From Bacteroidales bacterium (GTDB taxonomy: Bacteria > Bacteroidota > Bacteroidia > Bacteroidales > VadinHA17): a stretch of DNA of 64,000 bases. The translations under genes and the position numbers were made by a program. Below, in pieces: positions 28,218-38,247 of this stretch (positions are counted from its first letter, which is position 1; each line of letters starts with the position of its first letter). The notes under the pieces were generated by a model that did not search any database, was not told where the DNA came from, and saw nothing but the letters and a program-made list of their open reading frames with translations. Location: positions 4,052 to 68,051 of the forward strand of contig JAFGXX010000008.1 of NCBI GenBank assembly GCA_016936435.1, given 5' to 3'.

Positions 28218-29567
28218 CTATTCAAAAAGCTTGTTGAACTCATCTGCGGTCACCTTTTTTGTTTTAGGGTTCACCATCTCTTTCAGCTGTTTCAGAACTT
28301 TATCTTCCAGTATTTTGTCGGCAATCCTTTTTGCGTCATCTTCTTTTTTGAGTGTTTCCCTGGCATAGTTGGCTACCTGCTCGTCGGTGACATAATAAAG
28401 ACCATACTGGCTGAACTGATATCTTGTTATGTTCTCGGCTTCTTTCTGAAGCTCTTCCTCACTGATCCTGATTTCATTGTCTTTGGCGATCCTGTTCCTT
28501 ATCAGCTGCCATTTAAGATCGTGCCTGAAAGTGTCAAATTCCTTTTCGATAAGCTCTTCGGTGGTGTTTTCGTTTACCCTGAGAAGCCATTTTTTAAGAA
28601 ACGCTTCGGGGAGACTTATGTCAGTGTTTTCGACAGCCAGTTTTTTAAGATCCTGCAGGAGCTTGTATTCGGTTTCGCGGCTCAGACTTGCAGATATTTC
28701 CTCTTCTATCTTCTGCATGAACTCCTCTTCCGAACTCACAACTCCCTCGCCGTAGATGTGGTTGAAAAGCTCCTGGTCAACAGCAGCAGGACGAAATCGT
28801 GAAATCTCATTTATTGTAAACCTGAAACGGCCTTCCGTTTTTTCTGCCTCTTCTTTTTTTATGTTTAGCAGTCCTGCAACTTCAGTGTCGTTCGGGAAAC
28901 CTTTCTTCAGATCAAAATCGACATGATCATTTTCTTTTTTACCGAGGAGCTCTTTTTTTAACTCCTCATCCTTTACCACATCTATTGAGATGGAGGCATG
29001 ATCATTTGAAGGGCCTTCTTCCGTTACATTTCCCTGGTTGTCGAGTTTCGCAATATGTCCTTTGAGGATATCCTTTTCTTCGGATATGTCTGCATTTGTG
29101 AATTCGCCATGCCGGCGTGTATAATTCTCGACAAAGCCGGCTCTCATTTTTTCATCGATGATTATTTCGTACTGGTCGACTTTGGTTTTTTTATTCAGTC
29201 CCACTTCGAAAGCAGGTGCCAGACCGAGTTCGAATGAAAAGCTGAAATCATCCTGAGTTTCAAAGTCGATTTTTTCCTGGTCATCCTGTCTGGGAAGAGG
29301 ATCGCCGAGGATTTCGATTTTTTCATCAGTAATGTATTTATGAATGTTATCGCTGACGATCTTGTTTATTTCGTCAACTTTAACAGCAGTGCCATACATT
29401 TTTTTTATCAGACCTATCGGCACCATTCCCGGGCGGAAGCCTTTGATATTTGCCTTTCTGCGATAATCCTTAAGGGTATTCTCGACTTTATCCCCGAAAT
29501 CGGCTTTTTCGATCTTCACGGTGAGGACTGCATTCAGATCATCGATGTTTTCGCGTGTTATGTTCAT
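28218..29567 (-). CDS. tig: Trigger factor
   Basis: 449 aa. GFRPGMVP ribosome-binding signature. Gene order is tig-clpP-clpX. Confidence 0.93.
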   Translation of the reverse strand: MNITRENIDDLNAVLTVKIEKADFGDKVENTLKDYRRKANIKGFRPGMVPIGLIKKMYGTAVKVDEINKIVSDNIHKYITDEKIEILGDPLPRQDDQEKIDFETQDDFSFSFELGLAPAFEVGLNKKTKVDQYEIIIDEKMRAGFVENYTRRHGEFTNADISEEKDILKGHIAKLDNQGNVTEEGPSNDHASISIDVVKDEELKKELLGKKENDHVDFDLKKGFPNDTEVAGLLNIKKEEAEKTEGRFRFTINEISRFRPAAVDQELFNHIYGEGVVSSEEEFMQKIEEEISASLSRETEYKLLQDLKKLAVENTDISLPEAFLKKWLLRVNENTTEELIEKEFDTFRHDLKWQLIRNRIAKDNEIRISEEELQKEAENITRYQFSQYGLYYVTDEQVANYARETLKKEDDAKRIADKILEDKVLKQLKEMVNPKTKKVTADEFNKLFE

Positions 29568-29585
29568 TTCTCTTTCATATTGGAA

Positions 29586-29632
29586 TTTAAAAAACCGCCA
29601 AAACCTTTATTCTGTGTGTTCCGGGCGGTTTT
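29586..29632 (-). terminator. Weak terminator-like or processing hairpin between tRNA-Leu and tig
   Basis: Minus strand reads AAAACCGCC…(24 nt)…GGCGGTTTT followed by a T-run. The large loop makes this low quality. Confidence 0.3.
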
Positions 29633-29640
29633 TATTACTG

Positions 29641-29723
29641 TGCGGATGAAGGGACTCGAACCCCCACGTCATAAAGACACAAGATCCTAAGTCTTGCTCG
29701 GCTACCAATTACGACACATCCGC
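29641..29723 (-). tRNA. tRNA-Leu (anticodon UAG), type II with a long variable arm
   Basis: Hand-folded cloverleaf: acceptor GCGGATG/CATCCGC, anticodon stem CAAGA/TCTTG with loop CU-UAG-GA, variable arm GTC-TTTAT-GAC, T-loop TTCGAGT. No encoded CCA. Confidence 0.9.
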
Positions 29724-29735
29724 TTAAAACCGGTG

Positions 29736-29743
29736 CAAAAGTA
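29736..29743 (-). promoter_or_regulatory. Candidate -7 promoter box (TACTTTTG on the minus strand) for tRNA-Leu
   Basis: Exact TAnnTTTG match ending 12 nt upstream of the mature tRNA 5' end. Confidence 0.45.
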
Positions 29744-29775
29744 CAGATAATTATTGGTTTATCAAAGGCTAAAGA

Positions 29776-30501
29776 TTACCTGCGCAGTTCGAAATTCTTT
29801 CCCAGGTAAACAGACCTTACATGTTCATCTTCAGCGAGCTGGGTTGCTGTTCCCGATTTCAGTATCTTTCCTTCGAAGAGAAGGTAGGCCCGGTCGGTAA
29901 TTGAAAGGGTCTCATGTACATTATGGTCGGTAATCAATATTCCTATGTTTTTATCCTTAAGGTGGGCAACGATGCTTTGTATGTCTTCGACGGCAATAGG
30001 GTCGACACCTGCAAAAGGTTCATCGAGAAGTATGAATCTTGGCTTCAGGGCCAGTGCTCTCGCTATCTCTGTTCTTCTGCGTTCTCCGCCAGAAAGCTGG
30101 ATCCCCTTGCTCTTCCGTATTTTCTGCAGGCCAAATTCATTCAGAAGGGTTTCGAGTCTTTCGGCCTGTTCTCTTTTCGGGAATCCCGACAGCTCAAGTA
30201 CGGCCTTAAGATTATCTTCAACACTCAGATTCCGGAAGACAGAAGCCTCCTGTGCAAGGTATCCGATACCTTTCCGGGCTCTCTTGTATACGGGCAGGTT
30301 TGTTATTTCTTCATCATCGAGAAAGATATTTCCCTCCTTAGGCCTTATCAGTCCTACGATCATGTAAAAGGAAGTCGTTTTGCCGGCTCCGTTGGGACCA
30401 AGGAGTCCGACGATTTCCCCCTGCTGAACTTCAATAGATACATGGTCGACTACAGTCCGGCTGCGATATTTTTTTACAAGATTTTTTGTGTGAAGCTTCA
30501 T
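29776..30501 (-). CDS. lptB: LPS export ABC transporter ATP-binding protein LptB
   Basis: 241 aa. Walker [10 protein letters not shown], signature LSGGERRR, Walker B ILLDEP, and the LptB-typical size and C-terminus. Confidence 0.88.
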   Translation of the reverse strand: MKLHTKNLVKKYRSRTVVDHVSIEVQQGEIVGLLGPNGAGKTTSFYMIVGLIRPKEGNIFLDDEEITNLPVYKRARKGIGYLAQEASVFRNLSVEDNLKAVLELSGFPKREQAERLETLLNEFGLQKIRKSKGIQLSGGERRRTEIARALALKPRFILLDEPFAGVDPIAVEDIQSIVAHLKDKNIGILITDHNVHETLSITDRAYLLFEGKILKSGTATQLAEDEHVRSVYLGKNFELRR

Positions 30502-30507
30502 CGGGGA

Positions 30508-31401
30508 TTATTTTGCATCGTTACCTGTATTTTCTCCTTCGCTCATGAACTCGGCATGCTCTTTCTCCTTCGTTTTCATCACCCCGGCCGAGATGAAGAT
30601 GCTTATTTCGTAAAGGATCATCAGCGGGATAGCCACCAGCGTCTGTGAAAAAATATCCGGTGGGGTTATAATAGCCGCCAATATGAAGATGACCAGAATC
30701 GAATGTCTCCTGTATTTTCTCATGAAAGAAGGAGTGACTATCCCGATCTTTGTCAGGAAAAATGCAATTATGGGTAGTTCAAAAACCAGTCCTGTGGCAA
30801 GACATATTGAACTGAGTGTTCCTATGTATGACCTTATGTTGATCTGGTTTACAACGTCGGAACTTATTTCATACGATGTCAGAAAATGTATTGAAAGAGG
30901 TGTGAGCATAAAATAACCGAACAGTACACCGGTGAAGAACAGGAGAGTGGATGCCAGAACAGCACCTCTTGCATGTTTTGCTTCACTGCTGTGGAGTGCC
31001 GGCCTGAAGAAGCTCCAGAACTCCCTGATGATAAAAGGGAAAGCCAGGATCAGCCCGGCGACCATCGACACTACAATGTGAGTGGTGAGCTGCCCTGCCA
31101 TCTTAATGTTGATAAGATTGAACTGGTGCGTGTTTATACAGAGAATATCAGGATTGCCTGTGTGTAAGAGACTGCTTATGTAGTGACCGAACTCGCAGAG
31201 CAAACGATTTGTGATAAACTCGGGCATCGAAGGGGCAAGAAGCACCGTGTCGAACAATACATTCTTGAAAACAAAAGCCACGATCATGAAAGCCATGATG
31301 GCAAGTATCGATCTTATGATATGCCATCTGAGTTCTTCAAGATGCTCAAGGAACGACATCTCCGCTTCACCCTTCCTGAGGTTTTTCCATTTAAAAGCCA
31401 T
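30508..31401 (-). CDS. tatC: Twin-arginine translocase subunit TatC
   Basis: SFLEHLEELRWHI and six TM helices. ATG 31401 preferred over GTG 31407; AAGGAG lies 9 nt upstream. Confidence 0.88.
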   Translation of the reverse strand: MAFKWKNLRKGEAEMSFLEHLEELRWHIIRSILAIMAFMIVAFVFKNVLFDTVLLAPSMPEFITNRLLCEFGHYISSLLHTGNPDILCINTHQFNLINIKMAGQLTTHIVVSMVAGLILAFPFIIREFWSFFRPALHSSEAKHARGAVLASTLLFFTGVLFGYFMLTPLSIHFLTSYEISSDVVNQINIRSYIGTLSSICLATGLVFELPIIAFFLTKIGIVTPSFMRKYRRHSILVIFILAAIITPPDIFSQTLVAIPLMILYEISIFISAGVMKTKEKEHAEFMSEGENTGNDAK

Positions 31402-31603
31402 CAGCACACACTCCTTTTCAATTTCAGCGTGTAAAGATGATAAATCTTACGATTCAAAACAATACAAGCTCAGGGATATTGTTGAACCAATAAAAGTCAA
31501 TTTATGTTAATTATTTATTAAAAATGGAAATTGATAAGGAAATTTATTAATTTAGGTAAACTATATCGATGAACAAATTTTAAGTCTGGAGCTTTTACAT
31601 GAG

Positions 31604-33784
31604 ATGGTAAGCGATAATGAAATACATGACTATTTAAAAAGATATTTCGGATTTGACACCTTTAAGGGAAATCAGCAAAAGATCATCAGGAATATTCTTG
31701 CAGGAAAGGATACTTTTGTGCTGATGCCTACCGGCGGTGGCAAGTCATTGTGCTACCAGCTTCCGGCCGTTATGGGAGAGGGTACTGCCATTGTCATTTC
31801 GCCTCTCATCGCCCTGATGAAAAATCAGGTCGATGCAATGCGAAATTTCAGCACCAATGACGATGTAGCTCATTTTCTTAATTCATCTCTGACAAAAACC
31901 GAAATTACACGTGTCAGGAAGGATGTTCTCGAGCACCAGACAAAACTTCTTTATGTAGCGCCCGAATCCTTAACCAAGGAGGAGAACATAGAATTCCTGA
32001 GAAATATTAAAGTGTCGTTCTATGCTATCGACGAGGCACACTGCATATCGGAATGGGGACACGATTTCAGGCCTGAGTACCGTCGAATAAGACCGATTAT
32101 TGACACTATCGGACGCGCCCCTATCATCGCTCTGACAGCCACCGCCACCCCTAAGGTGCAGCACGACATTCAGAAAAACCTCGGCATCCTTGAGGCAGAA
32201 GTATTCAAATCATCCTTTAACAGGCCTAACCTCTATTACGAGGTAAGATCTAAACAGGATGTAACCAGGGAGATAATTAAATATATTAAGAATAATCCCG
32301 GCAAATCGGGTATTATATACTGCCTAAGCCGTAAGAAGGTGGAGGAAATGGCCGAGATACTGAGGGTGAACGGTATTAAGGCTCTGCCGTATCATGCCGG
32401 AATGGATTCTGCAACGCGGACAAGCAACCAGGATAAATTCCTGATGGAAGAGGTCGATGTTATTGTTGCCACAATAGCTTTCGGGATGGGAATAGATAAA
32501 CCTGATGTCAGGTTCGTCATCCATTACGACATCCCCAAAAGCCTCGAAGGATATTACCAGGAAACAGGAAGGGCCGGACGCGATGGCGGCGAAGGGAACT
32601 GCATAGCCTACTACAGCTACAATGATATCGTCAAGCTGGAAAAATTCATGCAGGGTAAACCCATCGCGGAACAGGAAATCGGAAAACAGCTGCTTCTTGA
32701 AACAGTATCTTACGCCGAATCCTCAGTGTGCCGGAGAAAACTTCTGCTTCATTATTTCGGGGAGGAGTATTCTCACGAAAACTGCGAGGCCTGCGACAAC
32801 TGCCTCCATCCCAAGGAACAGTTCGAGGGTAGCGAAGCTGTCGTAAACGTAATAGAAACCATCCTCGCTGTAAAGGAGAAATTCAAGGCGGACCATATTG
32901 CTCATATCCTGTCGGGTAAAGTCACCTCTGCCATCAAGTCCTATAAACATAATAAACTTGAATTCTTCGGTATAGGTGAAGAAAAAGATGAAAAATTCTG
33001 GAACATGGTCATCAGACAGGCCCTGATAGCCAGATTTCTGACAAAGGACATCGAGAACTATGGTCTCCTGAAGGTAACAGAGGCGGGATTGAAATTTATA
33101 GAGAAGCCTTCTTCATTTATGCTTGCCGAAGATCATGATTATACTGATACAACCGATGAGGAAAATGCTTTCGGAGCCAAAACCGCTGCTGTAGATGAAG
33201 AACTTTTCAGTATATTGAAAGACCTCCGCAAAAAAATATCAAAACTGAAAGAGGTACCTCCCTTTGTTATCTTCCAAGATCCTTCGCTCGAAGATATGGC
33301 TATTCAATACCCTGTCACACTCGACGAATTGCAGAATATCTCAGGCGTGGGAGCAGGGAAAGCACAGCGTTACGGAAAGGAATTTGTCGATATTATAAAG
33401 AAATATGTCGAGGAAAAGGAGATCATCAGACCTCTCGATATGGTGGTCAAGTCGGTCGTGAACAAATCGGGAATAAAAGTATACATCATCCAGAGTATAG
33501 ACATGAAAAGGCCTCTTGAAGATATAGCTGACGTGAAAGGCCTGGAAATGGACGAACTTCTTTCCGAAATAGAAGCAATTGTCAATGCGGGTACACGCCT
33601 TAACCTCGACTATTATATCAATGCTGTAATAGACGAAGACCGCCAGAACGAAATTTACTCCTATTTCAGGGAGGAAGCCGAGTCAGATTCTCTCGAGGAA
33701 GCCATAAAAGAACTGGGCAGTGAATTCGAGGAAGAAGAAATAAGGCTTGTAAGGATCAAATTCCTTTCCGAAATGGGCAACTGA
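31604..33784 (+). CDS. recQ: ATP-dependent DNA helicase RecQ
   Basis: 726 aa with PTGGGKSLCYQLP, DEAH, the Zn-binding Cys cluster (CRR…C..CDNC), and RQC and HRDC regions. Confidence 0.95.
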   Translation: MVSDNEIHDYLKRYFGFDTFKGNQQKIIRNILAGKDTFVLMPTGGGKSLCYQLPAVMGEGTAIVISPLIALMKNQVDAMRNFSTNDDVAHFLNSSLTKTEITRVRKDVLEHQTKLLYVAPESLTKEENIEFLRNIKVSFYAIDEAHCISEWGHDFRPEYRRIRPIIDTIGRAPIIALTATATPKVQHDIQKNLGILEAEVFKSSFNRPNLYYEVRSKQDVTREIIKYIKNNPGKSGIIYCLSRKKVEEMAEILRVNGIKALPYHAGMDSATRTSNQDKFLMEEVDVIVATIAFGMGIDKPDVRFVIHYDIPKSLEGYYQETGRAGRDGGEGNCIAYYSYNDIVKLEKFMQGKPIAEQEIGKQLLLETVSYAESSVCRRKLLLHYFGEEYSHENCEACDNCLHPKEQFEGSEAVVNVIETILAVKEKFKADHIAHILSGKVTSAIKSYKHNKLEFFGIGEEKDEKFWNMVIRQALIARFLTKDIENYGLLKVTEAGLKFIEKPSSFMLAEDHDYTDTTDEENAFGAKTAAVDEELFSILKDLRKKISKLKEVPPFVIFQDPSLEDMAIQYPVTLDELQNISGVGAGKAQRYGKEFVDIIKKYVEEKEIIRPLDMVVKSVVNKSGIKVYIIQSIDMKRPLEDIADVKGLEMDELLSEIEAIVNAGTRLNLDYYINAVIDEDRQNEIYSYFREEAESDSLEEAIKELGSEFEEEEIRLVRIKFLSEMGN

Positions 33785-33789
33785 TAAAA

Positions 33790-34881
33790 TTATTCATGCC
33801 TCCATCTGTCATCCCGGAAAGCTGATCCTGCAAGAGTCGCAATTATATACCAGGGATAAAATATCTGTGAGGGCCAGAACCACTTCATCAACACTTTCCT
33901 GTTACGTGCTGCTGCTGTTTCTTTTATAATGAGATAATCGGGGACTGATTTGATGAACAGAACAATCAGAAAGACCTGGAGATAAACTGCATTGAACAGC
34001 CCGGCAACGATCAGGAGAGGTTGAAGCATATTTGTAACAAATGTTACAATTGCCAGAATAATGGTTGAAGTGTCACTGTAGGCAGTGGTTTTTGATATCC
34101 ATCTGGCCCTTTGTATGAGAAAGGACTTCCAGGCAGGAGCTCCCGAAGTTGTGACAAGGGCTTCCGGCGATTCAAGCCATTTTATTTTTACTTCGGGGTC
34201 TGTTTTAAGACTGTGGAGAAAGAAGATATCCTCACCGCTGACTTTTTCGGGGTGCAGGTTGCCGGAATGTTCAATATATATATTTCTTCTGAAAGCCAGG
34301 TTGGCGCCATTGCACATTACAGGGTTACCGGCAATGGCCGTCCCGGCCGTAACACCCTGCAGGGCAAGAAATTCCAGCTCCTGGAATCTTCTGAGAAAAC
34401 CTTTTTTACACCTTAGCGACACCGGTCCGATGATCATATCGGCGCGGGTGGTCCTGTAAAATGATGAAATCGTTTTAAGCCATTGCCTGCCTGCTCTGCA
34501 ATCGGCATCTGTTGTAATGATAAGTTCACCTGTGGCTGCCCCTATACCTGTGATCAGGGCTTCCTTTTTACCGCGACCATTGTTTTTAAGTACTCTCAGG
34601 TTCCTGATCCCGATGAATTCTGAGGCTGACTGAAAGGTTGAATCGGAAGAGTTGTCGTCAATTATTATCACTTCCAGAAGATCCGGATCATAATCCTGTC
34701 CTGCAATATCAGACAACAGATATGAAATGTTCTGCTCTTCATTCCTGCATGCTGTTACTACCGACAGACGGATTCCTGTATCGGTGATAAGTGAAAATGG
34801 GTTTTTTCTCCTGAGGCTGACATATATTCTGGAAAATATATATATATAAGGTATGACTAATATAAGGGTTATCCACTGCAC
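33790..34881 (-). CDS. Integral-membrane GT2-family glycosyltransferase with a Q-x-x-R-W motif
   Basis: 363 aa. N-terminal TM helix, DDNSSD and TDAD acidic motifs, QRARW, then about 3 C-terminal TM helices. Apparent GTG start. Confidence 0.75.
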   Translation of the reverse strand: MQWITLILVIPYIYIFSRIYVSLRRKNPFSLITDTGIRLSVVTACRNEEQNISYLLSDIAGQDYDPDLLEVIIIDDNSSDSTFQSASEFIGIRNLRVLKNNGRGKKEALITGIGAATGELIITTDADCRAGRQWLKTISSFYRTTRADMIIGPVSLRCKKGFLRRFQELEFLALQGVTAGTAIAGNPVMCNGANLAFRRNIYIEHSGNLHPEKVSGEDIFFLHSLKTDPEVKIKWLESPEALVTTSGAPAWKSFLIQRARWISKTTAYSDTSTIILAIVTFVTNMLQPLLIVAGLFNAVYLQVFLIVLFIKSVPDYLIIKETAAARNRKVLMKWFWPSQIFYPWYIIATLAGSAFRDDRWRHE

Positions 34882-34927
34882 GGTCCGGAAAATTTGATTC
34901 AGGCTGTGGTTTTATCGTGACACACAT

Positions 34928-37900
34928 TTATTTATACTCATCCCAGCTCTTTATTGCAAGGTCGTCTTCCTTCAGCCTGCAAAAGGCCAGGATAAATGCG
35001 CTTGCAAGCCTGGCATTTGTTATAAGCGGCACGTTGAAATCGACGGCATTACGTCTTATTGAGTAGTCGTTGTTCAGTTCACCTTCTGAAAGATCCTTAG
35101 GGATATTGACGACCAGGTCAACTTCCCTTGTTCTTATAAGATCGATAGTATTCGGCGATTTGTCCTCATCGGGCCAGTAAGCCACATGAGCTTCAACGCC
35201 TGCATTTTTCAGGAAGAGCTGGGTTCCTCTTGTGGCGTACAGCTTATGGCCTCTTTCCCTGAGTGCTTTTGCGCTGTTGAGTAATTCAACCTTCGAACGG
35301 GCGGGGCCCGTTGAAAGCAGCACGCTCTTTACGGGAACCCTGTATCCGACTGAGAACATGGCCTTCAGAATAGCTTCATAAAAGCCTTCACCTATGCATC
35401 CTACCTCACCAGTAGATGCCATATCGACACCGAGAACAGGATCAGCTTTCGCGAGCCTTGAGAAACTGAACTGGGGAGCCTTTACCCCGACATAATCAAG
35501 ATCGAAGACCGACTTCGGGGGTTTTTCTGCCGGCAGACCCAGCATCACCTTAGTTGCCAGTTCTATAAGGTTAGACCTCAGGACTTTTGACACGAAAGGC
35601 ATGCTGCGGCTTGCCCTGAGATTGCATTCAATTACCTTTATGTCGTTGTCTCTTGCCAGGAACTGAATATTGAAGGGCCCGGTGATTGTAAGTTCACGCG
35701 CTATCTGCTTTGATATCCTCTTTATCCTTCTTGCTGTTTCAAAATATATCTTCTGTGCCGGGAAAACCATGGTGGCATCACCAGAATGAACTCCTGCGAA
35801 TTCAACATGTTCACTTATGGCATAAGCTACAATTTCGCCGCTGCGGGCTACTGCGTCAATTTCTATCTCCTTGGCATTTTCAATGAACTCGGAAACCACA
35901 ACAGGATACTGTTTTGACACTTTTGCCGCCAGTTCAAGATAATGTGTGAGCTCATTTTTGTTTGAAACCACATTCATTGCAGCCCCTGAAAGAACATAGG
36001 AGGGTCTTATCAGAACAGGGAAACCTATCCTCTCAACGAAACTGATGATTTCATCTATGGCTGTCAGTTCTTTCCACCTGGGTTGGGCAACATTCAGATT
36101 ATCGAGCATTTCAGAGAATTTGTGCCTGTTCTCGGCACGGTCGATAGAGACCGGTGAAGTTCCAAGTATGGGAACATCTTCGGCGAAGAGTCTCATTGCC
36201 AGATTGTTGGGTATCTGTCCGCCAACCGATACAATTACACCGCCCGGCTTTTCAAGGTCGATGATATCGAGAACCCTTTCAAAAGTAAGCTCATCGAAAT
36301 AGAGCCTGTCGCAGATATCATAATCGGTACTTACCGTCTCGGGATTGTAGTTTATCATCACCGACCTTAATCCTTCTTTCCTGATGGTTTCAATGGCATT
36401 TACCGAGCACCAGTCGAATTCCACGCTTGAGCCTATCCTGTAAGCTCCCGAGCCCAGGACGATTATTGATTTCCCGTCATTTTCGTAGCTGATATCATGT
36501 TCTGTTCCGCAATAAGTGAGGTATAGATAATTCGTCATGGCAGGATATTCGGCTGCCAGGGTGTCTATCTGCTTCACACTGGGAACGATGCCGAGCGACT
36601 TTCTGATACTGCGCACCTTCATCAGGTCGCTGTTTATCTCGTACGGATCAGAATTCAGGACATGCCTGGCGATCTGAAAGTCGCTGAAGCCATGAGTCTT
36701 GGCATGAGCAAGGAGCTCAGGCGTGATGCTTTCAAGAGTATTATGACGGCAGAGCTGATCCTTTATTGCAATGATGTTCCTGAGCTTGTAAAGGAACCAT
36801 TTGTCAATTTTGGTCAGGTCATGGATCTTGTCAACTGACATACCCTTTTCCAGGGCTTCAGCTATTGAAAAGATCCTCATGTCGGTAGGTTCTGAGAGCT
36901 CCGTTTCTATGTCGCGGAAATCAAGTTCGCGGTTTCCGGTGAAGCCGTGCATTCCCTGGCCTATCATCCTGAGTCCTTTCTGGATGACCTCTTCGAAGTT
37001 TCTTCCTATGGCCATCACTTCCCCCACGCTTTTCATACTGCTTCCTATAGCATGTGAGACTCCGTGGAATTTGTTAAGGTCCCAACGCGGTATCTTGCAT
37101 ACGATATAGTCGAGAGCAGGTTCGAAGCAGGCAGTGGTGGTCTTGGTAACGGAGTTCTTAAGTTCATGGAGGCCGTAGCCTATTGCCAGTTTGGCTGCGA
37201 CGAAAGCAAGAGGATAGCCCGTTGCCTTTGATGCCAGGGCACTCGAGCGTGAAAGCCGCGCATTTACCTCAATCACACGGTACTCCTCCGAATCAGGCGA
37301 AAGGGCGTACTGCACGTTGCATTCACCTACAATGCCGATATGCCTTATGATTTTTATTGACAGTTCTCTCAGTTTGTGATATTCGCTGTTGGTAAGAGTC
37401 TGCGACGGTGCAACTACGATGCTCTCTCCTGTATGAATTCCGAGAGGGTCGAAATTTTCCATGTTACATACCGTGATGCAGTTATCATACCTGTCGCGAA
37501 CTACCTCATATTCAACTTCTTTCCATCCTTTGAGCGACTCTTCCACCAGTATCTGTCCGGTGTACGAGAAAGCTTTTGTAGCCAGAGCCCTCAGTTCTTT
37601 CAGGTCAGATGCGAAGCCGCTGCCCTGACCTCCCAGAGTGTAGGCAGCCCTGATTATTACCGGGAATCCAAGCTTTTCTGCTGCATCAAGAGCCTCATCA
37701 ATGCCCTGCACCGCGATGCTGCGTGGTGTTTTAACCCCTATCTGCTCGAGTTTCCTTACAAAAAGTTCCCTGTCTTCTGTGTCCATGATGGCAGTAACAG
37801 GGGTACCCAATACTTTTACATTGTATTTTTCAAACACTCCCTGCCTGTAGAGTTCCGTTCCGCAATTCAGGGCTGTCTGCCCTCCGAAAGAAAGAAGAAC

Positions 37901-38149
37901 CCCGTCAGGCCTCTCCTTCTCTATTACTTTCTTAACATATGAAGGCGTAACAGGAAGGAAATATATCTTTCCGGCCAGTTCTTCTGAGGTCTGTACAGTA
38001 GCAATGTTCGGATTTACCAGAATTGTCGCGATCCCTTCTTCTTTCAGGGCTTTGAGAGCCTGTGACCCGGAATAGTCAAATTCACCTGCCTCGCCTATTT
38101 TCAGGGCCCCTGAGCCCAGTATCATTACCTTTTTAATCTGCTCTGTCAT
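34928..38149 (-). CDS. carB: Carbamoyl-phosphate synthase large subunit
   Basis: Duplicated ATP-grasp halves plus an MGS-like C-terminus. Start set at ATG 38149 (MTEQIKKVMILGSG…), not the upstream extension to 38203. Confidence 0.96.
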   Translation of the reverse strand: MTEQIKKVMILGSGALKIGEAGEFDYSGSQALKALKEEGIATILVNPNIATVQTSEELAGKIYFLPVTPSYVKKVIEKERPDGVLLSFGGQTALNCGTELYRQGVFEKYNVKVLGTPVTAIMDTEDRELFVRKLEQIGVKTPRSIAVQGIDEALDAAEKLGFPVIIRAAYTLGGQGSGFASDLKELRALATKAFSYTGQILVEESLKGWKEVEYEVVRDRYDNCITVCNMENFDPLGIHTGESIVVAPSQTLTNSEYHKLRELSIKIIRHIGIVGECNVQYALSPDSEEYRVIEVNARLSRSSALASKATGYPLAFVAAKLAIGYGLHELKNSVTKTTTACFEPALDYIVCKIPRWDLNKFHGVSHAIGSSMKSVGEVMAIGRNFEEVIQKGLRMIGQGMHGFTGNRELDFRDIETELSEPTDMRIFSIAEALEKGMSVDKIHDLTKIDKWFLYKLRNIIAIKDQLCRHNTLESITPELLAHAKTHGFSDFQIARHVLNSDPYEINSDLMKVRSIRKSLGIVPSVKQIDTLAAEYPAMTNYLYLTYCGTEHDISYENDGKSIIVLGSGAYRIGSSVEFDWCSVNAIETIRKEGLRSVMINYNPETVSTDYDICDRLYFDELTFERVLDIIDLEKPGGVIVSVGGQIPNNLAMRLFAEDVPILGTSPVSIDRAENRHKFSEMLDNLNVAQPRWKELTAIDEIISFVERIGFPVLIRPSYVLSGAAMNVVSNKNELTHYLELAAKVSKQYPVVVSEFIENAKEIEIDAVARSGEIVAYAISEHVEFAGVHSGDATMVFPAQKIYFETARRIKRISKQIARELTITGPFNIQFLARDNDIKVIECNLRASRSMPFVSKVLRSNLIELATKVMLGLPAEKPPKSVFDLDYVGVKAPQFSFSRLAKADPVLGVDMASTGEVGCIGEGFYEAILKAMFSVGYRVPVKSVLLSTGPARSKVELLNSAKALRERGHKLYATRGTQLFLKNAGVEAHVAYWPDEDKSPNTIDLIRTREVDLVVNIPKDLSEGELNNDYSIRRNAVDFNVPLITNARLASAFILAFCRLKEDDLAIKSWDEYK

Positions 38150-38212
38150 CTGGAGGATTTGCCTCCAAAAATAGTACAAAAATTTTATCTGCAATTTGCA
38201 CAATTAAAAAAA

Positions 38213-38247
38213 TGAATATATTTGCACAAAAAATGCATAAATATGCA
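38213..38247. promoter_or_regulatory. Two tandem ARG-box-like dyads, putative ArgR operators
   Basis: TGAATATATTTGCA (38213-38226) and the perfect dyad TGCATAAATATGCA (38234-38247) start 21 bp apart. The second covers the argR ATG (38243). They lie in the carB<>argR divergent spacer. Confidence 0.5.
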
